Of a DNA stretch of 64,000 nucleotides, positions 10,399 through 20,966 are shown in pieces (the first letter of the stretch is position 1; each line of letters opens with the position of its first letter). The position numbers and the translations under genes are program-made. The notes below the pieces were generated by a model that had not been told where the DNA came from, made no database searches, and was given only the letters and a program-made list of their open reading frames with translations. Source of the stretch: Paramoeba atlantica (Eukaryota; Protista; Discosea); assembly GCA_977017575.1 (NCBI GenBank), contig CDRNVI010000059.1:1-64000 (forward strand), in the 5' to 3' direction.

Positions 10399-10950
10399 AT
10401 GTTGGAAACCCCAACACCACCATCAGCCATTGACGCAGAGGGGCATGCTCTCGATGTTGGCGAAGACGAAATCTTTCACGATTGCGAAGCTCCTTGTGAT
10501 ATAAATGTCGATCTGAGTGGACAGCCCTCAAACACATTCTTTGCGGAAGACGTTTTGCAAGGTTTCGAGAGAGGGATAGATCCCAGAATTAACTTCCCAA
10601 TCCCCTCCGAGGAAATTATAGAACTGATACGTCATGCTAAGGTGGGGGAAGAATTCATCGCCGCATGGACCTTCGACCAACAGCCAACCCTCAATGTATC
10701 CAAAGGAGTAGTGACGAAAACCTCCACCCGGCAAGGACGCACCAAACTGTCAGTTACCTACGAAGGATTTCTTGGATACGCAACTGGAAATAAATTTGAT
10801 GGCTTTTTACCCCCGCATCCGAACGTTCGCATTTTCCGCCTCTCGTGGTTGAACCGGGGACCTGGAGACACGCCTCGTGTAGAGCATAACCAAGTATCAC
10901 CTCCTTCTCAGACCTTTGTATCTACACAAGATATTCTACAATTCTCATGA
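10399..10950 (+). CDS. Hypothetical protein, probable continuation of the retroelement ORF1
   Basis: Acidic linker then a compact beta-rich segment (VGEEFIAAW...GVV...VTYEG...LPPHPNVRI) reminiscent of SLACS-type N-terminal domains, from memory only. Confidence 0.4.
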   Translation: MLETPTPPSAIDAEGHALDVGEDEIFHDCEAPCDINVDLSGQPSNTFFAEDVLQGFERGIDPRINFPIPSEEIIELIRHAKVGEEFIAAWTFDQQPTLNVSKGVVTKTSTRQGRTKLSVTYEGFLGYATGNKFDGFLPPHPNVRIFRLSWLNRGPGDTPRVEHNQVSPPSQTFVSTQDILQFS

Positions 10951-11159
10951 CGTATGACGATACTTCACATGATCATCTTTGCTTCGTATACTGGTTCATG
11001 TTTCCGCAAGTCACGTAGCGAAGACAACTTACAAGAAGCTAAACCCACGACCTCATCACATATTGCTTCCCGTAATCACATGCGCTGTAATACATGAGCT
11101 GTACTTTTGTCTCCAATGCCTTCTTCAATACCTTAACTACACTTAACCCTACTACGTTG

Positions 11160-12326
11160 AAGTCTACTCGGGCAAACCGCCCCACTAATCCACTTGGGGA
11201 ACGCACCTCACTAATCTTGGGGAACTAGTCTACTCGGGGAACGCGCCCCTGTTAGCTCCCCGGGGGACGCGCCCCATGAATTTCCTCGGGTGAACGTGCC
11301 CGAGGGGAACGCGCCCTTGTTATATCATCGGGTAACACGTCTCTGCTATCTCCTCGGGGAACGCGCCCTTGTTATCTCCTCGGGCAACACGCCTCTGTTA
11401 TCTCCTCGGGGAACGCGCCCCACTAATCCACTTGGGGAACGCACCCCACTAATCTTGGGGAACTAGTCTACTCGGGGAACGCGCCCCTGTTATCTCCCCG
11501 GGGGACGCGCCCCATGAATCTCCTCGGGTGACACGCCTCTGTTATCTCCTCGGGGAACGCGCCCCACTATTCTCCTCGGGTGGCACGCCTCTGTTATCTC
11601 CTCGGGGAACGCGCCCCACTAATCCACTTGGGGAACACGCCCCACTAATCCACTTGGGGAACGCGCCCAACTAATCATGGGGAACTAATCCACTTGGGGA
11701 ACGCACCCCACTAATCTTGGGGAACTAGTCTACTCGGGGAACGCGCCCCTGTTATCTCCCCGGGGGACGCGCCCCATGAATCTCCTCGGGTGACACGCCT
11801 CTGTTATCTCCTCGGGGAACGCGCCCTACTATTCTCCTCGGGTGACACGCTTCTGTTATCTCCTCGGGGAACGCGCCCCACTAATCCACTTGGGGAACAC
11901 GCCCCACTAATCCACTTGGGGAACGCGCCCAACTAATCATGGGGAACTAATCCACTTGGGGAACGCACCCCACTAATCTTGGGGAACTAGTCTACTCGGG
12001 GAACGCGCCCCTGTTATCTCCCCGGGGGACGCGCCCCATGAATCTCCTCGGGTGACACGCCTCTGTTATCTCCTCGGGGAACGCGCCCTACTATTCTCCT
12101 CGGGTGACACGCTTCTGTTATCTCCTCGGGGAACGCGCCCCACTAATCCACTTGGGGAACACGCCCCACTAATCCACTTGGGGAACGCGCCCAACTAATC
12201 ATGGGGAACTAATCCACTTGGGGAACGCGCCCCTGTTATCTCCTCGGGGGACGCGCCCCATGAATTTCCTCGGGGAACGCGTCCTATTAATCTCCTTGGG
12301 GAATGCGCCCCTGTTATCTCCTTGGG
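11160..12326. repeat. GC-rich satellite: 26-bp monomers in a 262-bp higher-order repeat
   Basis: Monomers such as TGTTATCTCCTCGGGGAACGCGCCCC and ACTAATCCACTTGGGGAACGCGCCCC; marker AACTAGTC at 11223, 11461, 11723, 11985. Confidence 0.95.
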
Positions 12327-12701
12327 GAGTAGCGGCATTTAATTTGTAAATAATTATAAAAGTGGGAAGGGGTCGTCGAATTCTCGGTAAAGACCGTTAT
12401 GCGAAATACTATTTAAAATGTAATGAGAAGCGTTTTGTTTTTGTATACGTAAGATGTGCTAAAGGAAAAGGAAACGGTTCACTATACATTCCTCCCTCCT
12501 CCTCTGGGTCTTTAAAAAGTGATGCCTTTCCCTTCGCATTATAGCAAAAGAGCATACAAATGAACCCAGTACCTGGCTTGGGACAGGTTATGCGGAGTTA
12601 AGGATGTCATGGTAGCGCAGTGCGTGAAGTATACAATTTGTAGTAGTAGGTACACATTCGTCCTTTAAATCAAATAAAAATTCTGCATATTTTAATGCCT
12701 C

Positions 12702-13475
12702 ATGACAGATTTTGCAAGGGGCCATATTCCAGCACGAGTGCACCATTCCTTGCTGCCTCCTTCCCACCAGCTTTATTTTTTTGTGGCGAACTTGACTAGC
12801 CCGCACTTCAGCTGGAAACCGGAAAATAATCTTGAAGACTGGGATGGGATACATCGTCGTTCAGACGAAAAATATTCTCTTCAGTGGGTCTACATGCGCC
12901 TAGGAGGGACGTTGCAATGGGAGTATTTGCCGTCTAGCGTCTGTGCAATGCACCTTACTGGTAATTTACTGGAAGGTGACGTTCCTATGGAACAGTTTAC
13001 TCGTCGTACTTCACTTATCGTGATGGAGTTGGGGAACAACAAATTCTTCGGAAATTTTGATCTAAGCAAAGTCTCTCCCATGGTGGAAGTCATTAATGTT
13101 CGAGATAACTCTTTTGGCGGAAGATTGATTCTGGTAGATCTTCCTCATTCACTCCGGACACTCAATTTAGCATCAAATTGTTTTTGTGGAACAATTCGGT
13201 TGGATACACTGCCCCCACTGTTAGGTCTGTTTCACGTCTCAAACAACCTACTGGAGGGCACAATTGATGTGACGCTTCTTCCCAACAATTTGTTTTCGGT
13301 GAAGTTAAACGCAAACTTGTTTTCTGGAGAGCTCCACGGTGTACAGGCCCTACCACGGATGCTGCGAGAGTTCGATGTATCACAGAACGTTGGCTTAAGG
13401 GGGCTGGTTGAACGTAAAGTGTTATCTCCTACTCTTTTGTTTTCCTCTGGGAAAACTCAGATATTAGTACAGTAG
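12702..13475 (+). CDS. Leucine-rich repeat protein
   Basis: Repeats LP..L..L.L..N...G.+DL; W..D...W cap. Confidence 0.85.
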   Translation: MTDFARGHIPARVHHSLLPPSHQLYFFVANLTSPHFSWKPENNLEDWDGIHRRSDEKYSLQWVYMRLGGTLQWEYLPSSVCAMHLTGNLLEGDVPMEQFTRRTSLIVMELGNNKFFGNFDLSKVSPMVEVINVRDNSFGGRLILVDLPHSLRTLNLASNCFCGTIRLDTLPPLLGLFHVSNNLLEGTIDVTLLPNNLFSVKLNANLFSGELHGVQALPRMLREFDVSQNVGLRGLVERKVLSPTLLFSSGKTQILVQ

Positions 13476-13723
13476 TACTGCTTCATTTTCTTCGGCACGC
13501 CTCCGACCTGTTGCCACATACGATAGGATTCCTCTGACATTCATTGTTAGTTTTTATCATGCATAATACGGTGTTATGGGAATTTATGTATTATGGATGC
13601 AGGTATTATTGATACCTGCATGTTAGCATTATATTTATTTCCTCTTGCCATGTAAGTTTACTTCTTTTTCAATGATATTACTAAATTAATAATATCCAAG
13701 TATTATAAGTAGTCTAATACTTT

Positions 13724-14392
13724 ATGAGTGCCATACAGTCAGCACAACAGCATGCTGAGCATGATTCACGACTCACTGAAGAATCAGATGAGAATTTATT
13801 AATTGAATCGATTTTTCCGTCGGCTTCAGAGCATGAAAATATACGGAAAGTTTCTCGCGCCGGGAAGCCAATAAACTTACCGCAGGAATACGAAATGGAA
13901 CGTTTTCTTCGAAATATTAGCACCCTTGATTCCACGTGGACTCCGGCAACTCCAATTTGTGAGTGGAAAGCTGTCACGTGCAACAAGTCTGGTCACCTCA
14001 TGAAATTGTTTTGGAGAAATAGAGGTTTGCATGGCACACCTAATTGGGCAGCTCTTCCAGTAGTTCTGATACACATTGATCTTTGCTCGAATATGCTGGT
14101 CGGTGAGATTCCTTTTCATGCTCTGCCGCCGCAATTGGAAAATTTATCGGTAAGCAGGAATTCGTTTTCTGGGACACCGAATTTTCTGTCTCTCCCACCG
14201 ACGTTGCTCTCGTTGTGGATGACTTATAAACGCTTTTCCGGCCAGGTAGACTTACATTCTCTCCCGAACAAACTTCAATGTATAGTACTCACTGGAAATG
14301 AAGACCTACATGGGGTAGTTGACTCGACTCTGCTTCCTAAAAGCTTGAGTTATCGACAGTGGTCTAAAACAGGGATTGTGTACACGAAATAA
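13724..14392 (+). CDS. Leucine-rich repeat protein with plant-like N-cap
   Basis: WTPATPICEWKAVTC cap then LPP.L..L...N.F.G repeats. Confidence 0.85.
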   Translation: MSAIQSAQQHAEHDSRLTEESDENLLIESIFPSASEHENIRKVSRAGKPINLPQEYEMERFLRNISTLDSTWTPATPICEWKAVTCNKSGHLMKLFWRNRGLHGTPNWAALPVVLIHIDLCSNMLVGEIPFHALPPQLENLSVSRNSFSGTPNFLSLPPTLLSLWMTYKRFSGQVDLHSLPNKLQCIVLTGNEDLHGVVDSTLLPKSLSYRQWSKTGIVYTK

Positions 14393-15141
14393 GTTGAATC
14401 TTTGTAAAATATTTTACTTTAGTTCTTTGGAGAAGTCTCTCATTCAATAAATAAATTTGTTAAACGCGATGGTTGTTTTCAACTTAGAAGTCACTCGAAA
14501 AGACTTTTTTCAAAAAGATTTCATGCGGTATGCCTCCCATGGACCCCCCAAGGGCCCGATAGTTTTTGTGCAACTTTTGAAATTGTTGCACAATAAAAAA
14601 TTCACGAATTTTTGTTGCACAAATATTTGTGGAGATATTTTTTGCTGAGGGAAATGTAGGCGGTATGTATAAATCCAATCCGAATCCTTCCGGATTGCTC
14701 CGGACGGTCACTGGTAAGCCAGACCATTCACAGACAGATTTGGAATAGTAATGGTATGAAGGTAATTCGGTATGAATAGTAGTGTAATGTGTGTTGTATA
14801 TTCGGACTTGTGGTAAGTATTAATAAATATTGCGTTTGAAAAGAAAGTTAAACACAAACAAAAAAGGACTTAGGCACAACGATTTTGAACTGCTAACGAG
14901 AAACAGGGGGAACTGCTAAAAACAAGGAGGGGTATGCTATCGGCGCTGGGTCACAATACCATACCCCCTCCGGTACGGTACGAGCTCATAGGTATTCTAA
15001 ACCGGACCCTCGTTTAGGTTAAAAAGCAGTTTTAATTTTAGAATTTGAACCAAAAAATTAAAATAGAATTTCAATTTTTAAAAATGTTGCACAATAAAAA
15101 ATTCACAAATTTTTGATTTCCTGTTTTTTGTTACACAAATA

Positions 15142-15993
15142 CAGGGGGGCATTAATCTGTGTAACATTAATCTATGATAATTCGTAAAATTAACACAGAT
15201 TAATGTTACACAGATAAATGTCCCCTCGGTATGCCGGAGCTATGATCTTTTTTCAAAAATTTGTCCATTTTTATAAACAAAAATCAAGAAAAAATTTGTT
15301 TTGGGAAAAAGACGTAAAAATGTACTAAAAAACGGAGAATTTCGCCTGCGGCGCATTTTTGTTTTTTTAACTCATATTTCTGTCCCGCCAAATATTTTCG
15401 AGTTAACACAGATTAATATCACACAGATTAATGTTCTACAGATTATTACTCCCCCTTTCATAATTCTTTATAAATATAAACTATAAGTGTTTCGGCGATT
15501 TATATTTACATTATATAAAGCTTTATACAGCTTTATACTTACATTGTAAGTGTTTGGTACCGAGACGGATTTACTTATAAAAATATTTATATAAATTATG
15601 ATCATTAGTTCTACTAGTTCTTATGCGCTTTCATGTGGTGTTTGTATGAATAGGTGACCGAATTTGATATGTAAAGTCACACACATTTGACCACATTGAT
15701 GAAATTGATAAAAAAAGAGGACCGAAACAAAGAACCGAAAAAAAAGTTTCTAGAACTATTAGACTGCTTAATGTCTAAAACAGAAATTTCAAAATATGCA
15801 TTTGATACGCGAATCAGAATGAGAAATACGCGGCGCGCAGCGCCGCGAGCTCCGTTTTTTACCCTGCTCTTTTGGCGTTTTTCAGGCGTTTCAAAGTTTT
15901 ATATAAATTTATATTAAACCATGACTCATTTTGGGCTCGAACTTATAAAGAATTATGAAAGGGGGAGTAGTACACAGACAAATGTCCCCCCTG
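15142..15993. mobile_element. TA-flanked MITE containing an inner inverted-repeat pair (15449-15967)
   Basis: Outer TIR CAGGGGGG(A)CATT..TCTGTGTA; inner TIR CTCCCCCTTTCATAATTCTTTATAA. Confidence 0.7.
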
Positions 15994-16034
15994 TAATTGC
16001 GTTTAGTGTACCATATAAATTTGTGCTTACAATA

Positions 16035-16208
16035 GTGGCACAGTGGACGACAGAGACACCAATAACGGGTGTGGAAGTTTCCCACTAGAAAAACAGTATC
16101 TCCCTATAGCATGACGGCAGGCGCATGCAAAGGTGGAGATGCCTTTTTCCTGTGGTAAACTGTCGCACCTGTACTATTGGTATCCGCCTCGTCCACTTTA
16201 GCCTGGGT
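16035..16208. mobile_element. About 180-bp palindromic MITE (copy 1, left arm decayed)
   Basis: Ends GTCCACTTTAGCCTGGGT; homologous to 51422-51601 and 58083-58264. Confidence 0.75.
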
Positions 16209-16415
16209 TATGTTACTGAATTCCTCTTTATATTTTTACTGTTTTTGTTCACGAATCGAGGGTAGAGCGGTAGTTATAAACAACCACTTCAATTCAATAT
16301 AAATATTTATTTACAACCACCGCAATTCACCACAATGTACATAAGACTTTGAGATTTTCTCAAATTAGTAGATTGACTCTTCGTACTGCTTTTTGCCATT
16401 GAATTACTACGTTGT

Positions 16416-18239
16416 ATGTTACAAGGAAGACCACCTTTGAGCGATGTTTCAAACGAAGCTTTTTGTCGACCAGCCCCAGAAAAAGGAAAAGGTTCGTGCG
16501 ACCAACAAAGGCGTGTTACAACAGCCTTGATGCCCAATACTGAACACGCAGCGCGCACAGATGTTGACGACGAATATCTGAGCACTGCAACAATGATATG
16601 GGGTGCCATTCATTACACAACACCCACATTTACTTTACTAGGAGATTTGGGTCTCATAGAATATTGTTCTATATTTATTGAGCGAGGGCTCTACACTGTA
16701 GGAGAACTTGTCGGCCTAAGCGAAGAGGCTTTGCTAGACCTAATACCTTGTGAGAAGCACCGTAAAAAGTTAAGCAAAGTTGTGAAAGCTTGTGTTGCGC
16801 AATCTGCTTCGCATGACAACCTGAATACATCGACTTCGGCTGAGACGAGTGACGTGCTGCCATCACACCACGATAATATTGAATCCAATGTTGTACACAC
16901 GCGACAGAACAACCCCTATGCTTTTAACTGTTTTTCTCCATCGTCATCACCCTGTAAGGAAGAAAGCCAACGACCCGAATCTGAAGGGATGCCCCACACA
17001 GAACCACGATCGCTATCAGCTTTGGGTATAATGACTGCAAAATCGGAGCCCCCAAAACGGAAAACTCCTCCGAGCTTGCAGAACATAATACCGGCCGCTG
17101 CACATGGCGCTCCACCGTCCAAGTCTTTGGAGAACACAGAACGAGCTGTATCACATCCCATGGATCATCCACCCCCATCTGCACCCACCCCTACTCCCCA
17201 TTCAGCTCCCTTCCTTCCTACCACCACACTCCCTCGGGCACCATCCCATACTGTGTCATACCCTATTCCACCACCACCCACCGTTCTGTTCCCTACAACT
17301 CACCCCCGCAACAACGTTGGTATGGACTTCCAATACCCCCATTCCGAAACCCAATTCCTGGCTCCACTACCACCCCCTCCTCTCCCCCTCCTCCCTCCCC
17401 ACACCCTCCCCACTCTACCCCCCTCCCTTAGCACCCCCGCAACTGCTGTACCCCAGCCTACGCTGCGTGCACCTCAGCAGCCTACCCCAGGTCCCCTGCT
17501 ACCCCAGACTGCCCCAGGTGCACCTATGCTTCCACACGCCGCCTCCTATGACTACCCCAGACCATCCATGTGGCTACCTCAGCAGCCTACCCCAGGTAGC
17601 CTTCATCTTCAGCCTACTTCATCCGGGATGCTGCTCCCCCAGCACAGCTCCTCGATGCCTCCCCCTTCTACGCTCCCCTCTCTCTCCAGCCCCGTCTACC
17701 CCTCCCCCCCGTCCCTCTGTGTGGTGGACTTCAAATGCCACACCGCCACGCACTGGTCCCCTGTGGTACTTAGCCCCGGGGTCTATGTGATTGTGGAGGG
17801 GGACCGCGGGGAGGACCTGGGCTGGGTCACCCAGTGTAGCCCCGTGGGGGGTACAGAGGGTACGGGGCGTGAGAGGGGCAGCAGTAACAACAACAACAAC
17901 AACAACAACAACGATAATCCTAATAACAATCTTCTCCCCGTGGTACGGCGACTCGCCTCCATGGAGGAGATTGTGTTCTGGCGAACCGAGCTCCATGAGA
18001 GAGCCACACACGCGCTGGGGGTCGGTCGTCGACGTGCGGGGGAGCTGGGGCTGGAGCTGGAGTTGCTCGAGGCGGAGTTTCAGATGGATCAGAATAAGCT
18101 TACGTTGTATTACCGGTCCAAGGCGCGGGTGGAGTTTGTGGCGTTGCTGAAGGTGTTGTATCGTGATTTCGGGTGCCGGATATGGATGGAACGGGTGGAG
18201 GAGGGTGTGGATGAGGAAATGGAGGAGTCGAGGGGTTGA
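16416..18239 (+). CDS. PSP1 C-terminal domain protein (cycling-sequence-binding-protein-like) with an N-terminal SAM-like segment
   Basis: VIVEGDRGEDLG...AEFQMDQNKLTLYY...RVEFVALLKVLYRDFGCRIWME; LGDLGLIEYCSIFIERGLYTVGELVGLSEEAL...HRKKL; start codon uncertain. Confidence 0.85.
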   Translation: MLQGRPPLSDVSNEAFCRPAPEKGKGSCDQQRRVTTALMPNTEHAARTDVDDEYLSTATMIWGAIHYTTPTFTLLGDLGLIEYCSIFIERGLYTVGELVGLSEEALLDLIPCEKHRKKLSKVVKACVAQSASHDNLNTSTSAETSDVLPSHHDNIESNVVHTRQNNPYAFNCFSPSSSPCKEESQRPESEGMPHTEPRSLSALGIMTAKSEPPKRKTPPSLQNIIPAAAHGAPPSKSLENTERAVSHPMDHPPPSAPTPTPHSAPFLPTTTLPRAPSHTVSYPIPPPPTVLFPTTHPRNNVGMDFQYPHSETQFLAPLPPPPLPLLPPHTLPTLPPSLSTPATAVPQPTLRAPQQPTPGPLLPQTAPGAPMLPHAASYDYPRPSMWLPQQPTPGSLHLQPTSSGMLLPQHSSSMPPPSTLPSLSSPVYPSPPSLCVVDFKCHTATHWSPVVLSPGVYVIVEGDRGEDLGWVTQCSPVGGTEGTGRERGSSNNNNNNNNNDNPNNNLLPVVRRLASMEEIVFWRTELHERATHALGVGRRRAGELGLELELLEAEFQMDQNKLTLYYRSKARVEFVALLKVLYRDFGCRIWMERVEEGVDEEMEESRG

Positions 18240-18758
18240 GAGAGGTTATGTAGCAGCTGAGTAGCGTAGGACGACATTCTACAGGCATCGCGGAAGAATC
18301 ATTTTTAAACTCCGAAGAATCTCTTGCCCGTATATTGGCAATATATTCCATCACTAACGTGTGTAGATTAACCCGTTACAAGTAGTATTTCGGTGTTAAA
18401 TAGTTAGTAGACCCACTAGCCCATTCCTTTGTGAATAATATTTTATTTTTAACAGTCATTGCCCAGTGTAGAATTTCGGCGGAAAAATGCCATGTTGCCT
18501 GAAGTGCAATGAGCAGAAGATATTCTTGCGCTTTGACGGCGTCCTAGCGAATATTCTCTTGCCGAAATTCAAGTGAATTCACTGCAACTGCAGAACCTAG
18601 AAGAATGACAGTTCTTAGCCCCTTTTATTAATAATGATGACCCCCCTTCTACCTTTCTTCGCTTTATGAGTTGTTTAACACCTACCCTCTACCTTATCTT
18701 TTCTTCTTTCTTATGCTTTTACATACTTTAACTACCCCATTCCGTATACACCACTTTC

Positions 18759-20903
18759 ATGTCACAATCCACCCCCAAAACAGATTCCAAGTCCCCCAAG
18801 GTCGAGGAGGGTATGTTTCGCTTCTGGGAAAACGAGGAGCATCTCAGCGGCGGGCTCCTCGGTAAATGTGAGTACAAGTGGACCACACTGGAACACAACG
18901 GGGTGATCATGGCCCCAGCGTACGAGCCTCACAACATCCCGCTGCAGTACGGCGCGGAACTCATCCAGCTTACCCCGGAAGAAGAGGAGATGGCCACCAT
19001 GTTTGCCTCGATGCGAAAATTTGACTACTACCGGAATCCGATTTTTCGCAACAACTTCTTCGAGGACTGGAAAAAGGTTTTGGATGGTCGACTCGAGGGA
19101 CAGGCGATCACGTCGCTGGCCCTTTGTAACTTTGATGCGATCCATGATTTTGAAATGGACCGGCGTGAGGCCCGGCGCGAGCGTAGCTCGGAGGAGAAGA
19201 AGAGGGAGCGCGAGGCGAATACGATTCGGGAGGAGCCGTACCGGTTTTGTGTGTACGACGGCCGGGTGGAGCCGTTGGCCGCGTACAAGGTGGAGCCCCC
19301 GGGGTTGTTTCGGGGGAGGGGAAAGCACCCGCTGATGGGACGGCTAAAGCCACGGGTGAAACCAGAGGATATTGTGATTAATATTGGGGAGGAGGCGGAG
19401 GTGCCCCCGCCCCCGGCGGGGAGTAAGTGGGGTGCCGTCGTGCATAACCACGGCGCGACATGGGTGGCGTGCTGGAAGGACGCGCTAACGGGAAACACAA
19501 AAATGGTGTTCCCGGGAAACACGAGTTCAATCAAAGGGTGCAGTGATCTGCGGAAGTATGAGAGGGCACGCCGCCTCAAAGACGTCATCCCTGCGATTCG
19601 TCAGGCGTACCGGAAGGATTTTGATGACCCTGACCGCACGGTGCGGCAGCGCGCGGTGTGTGTTTACTTTATCGATAAATTAGCGTTGCGAGTGGGCGGC
19701 GAGAAGTCCGCTGATGAGGCAGACACTGTCGGTTGCACCTCGCTAAAGATTAACAATGTGAGTCTTCGCCCCCCGAGCTCTATTCACTTTGATTTTCTTG
19801 GAAAAGACAGTATTCGCTATTTAAACACCGTGGAGGTACTCCCTCGAGTGTATACCCTCGTGGAGGAGTTCATGAAGGGTAAAGAAATGCCCGCTTGTCC
19901 CACCGCCCCGGACGGACGCAACCTCGTCCCGGAGGTGTTCGAGCGCATCAACCCGAGTCTGCTCAACGATTACCTGAAAACTTTTATGCCCGAGCTCACG
20001 GCTAAGGTGTTTCGTACGTACAATGCCTCGCTGTGTCTGGATGATGAGCTGCATGATAATCCATGTGCGGCGACGCTCACTGTAATGGAGAAATTAGCGT
20101 ATCTAAATGAGGCAAATACCAAAGTCGCGGTGCTGTGTAATCACCAGCGTACGACTGTGCGAGCAGATTTCGATGCCCGGGTCGCATTGATGGGATATCG
20201 AGTCGAGTTTCTTGAGTCGCTTCTGTGCCGATTGCATCATTTAAAAGAATTGATGCGGGGCGGGTCGAAAGAAGGGTTCGACACTGCCGTCGAGCACTGG
20301 TTTGCCGAAGAGCATCGTTGGCAATGGGATTGGTTAGATAAATACGGTACGGAGGAGGAGAAGGAGACGTACCGCAACGATTTCTCTGATGAGAGCCGAA
20401 AGTCGATTCGGAGAACGCCCAGTGGGAAGAAGAGAGAAGGTGAGGTGCGTGGGTCGAGCAAAAAGTCGGACAAGAGCAATACGGATGAGGGAAAGAGTAC
20501 GAAAAAGAACACGTCCCAGACTAAGGGGAACAGAAAAAGGAGTTCTAAACGTGAGGAAGACGAGGAAGACGAACTTACAGTAGCTGACCTGAAGAAGCGC
20601 ACAAAAAAGAACGTAAAACCTGCTCATGCATCTGACGCCGAAGATAATATTACCGTTGGATCTCTTCGCAAAAGAAAAGCGACCATTTCGCGGGACCAGA
20701 ACAAAATTAAGTCTATTGATCAAGATACAGCGCTTAAGGATGAAGAGGACGACTTTTCTCTTGCTCACATACGGAAAGGTGTGCGGGAGAAGAAGATTAA
20801 GCTAGAAGGTGGCGATGCGTCTGTGAAGGATGAAACTAAATTGGAGAACGAAACCAATGAAGAAGACGACTTCACCCTAGCTCAGCTTAGAAAAAAGAAC
20901 TGA
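18759..20903 (+). CDS. TOP1: DNA topoisomerase IB, large subunit (kinetoplastid bi-subunit type)
   Basis: KWTTLEHNG, EPPGLFRGRG.HP, GKDSI, KVFRTYNAS, LCNHQR present; no SKxNY catalytic Tyr; K/E/D-rich tail. Confidence 0.95.
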   Translation: MSQSTPKTDSKSPKVEEGMFRFWENEEHLSGGLLGKCEYKWTTLEHNGVIMAPAYEPHNIPLQYGAELIQLTPEEEEMATMFASMRKFDYYRNPIFRNNFFEDWKKVLDGRLEGQAITSLALCNFDAIHDFEMDRREARRERSSEEKKREREANTIREEPYRFCVYDGRVEPLAAYKVEPPGLFRGRGKHPLMGRLKPRVKPEDIVINIGEEAEVPPPPAGSKWGAVVHNHGATWVACWKDALTGNTKMVFPGNTSSIKGCSDLRKYERARRLKDVIPAIRQAYRKDFDDPDRTVRQRAVCVYFIDKLALRVGGEKSADEADTVGCTSLKINNVSLRPPSSIHFDFLGKDSIRYLNTVEVLPRVYTLVEEFMKGKEMPACPTAPDGRNLVPEVFERINPSLLNDYLKTFMPELTAKVFRTYNASLCLDDELHDNPCAATLTVMEKLAYLNEANTKVAVLCNHQRTTVRADFDARVALMGYRVEFLESLLCRLHHLKELMRGGSKEGFDTAVEHWFAEEHRWQWDWLDKYGTEEEKETYRNDFSDESRKSIRRTPSGKKREGEVRGSSKKSDKSNTDEGKSTKKNTSQTKGNRKRSSKREEDEEDELTVADLKKRTKKNVKPAHASDAEDNITVGSLRKRKATISRDQNKIKSIDQDTALKDEEDDFSLAHIRKGVREKKIKLEGGDASVKDETKLENETNEEDDFTLAQLRKKN

Positions 20904-20966
20904 AACCGTTTCACGATTTTAGTAACACCGTTCGTCTAGGCCGACCGCGACTTGTGACGCTGGAAT

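Noticed and set aside
11160-12326. CRISPR-like array
   Set aside because: No unique spacers; related monomers form higher-order repeats; no cas genes; eukaryotic context.
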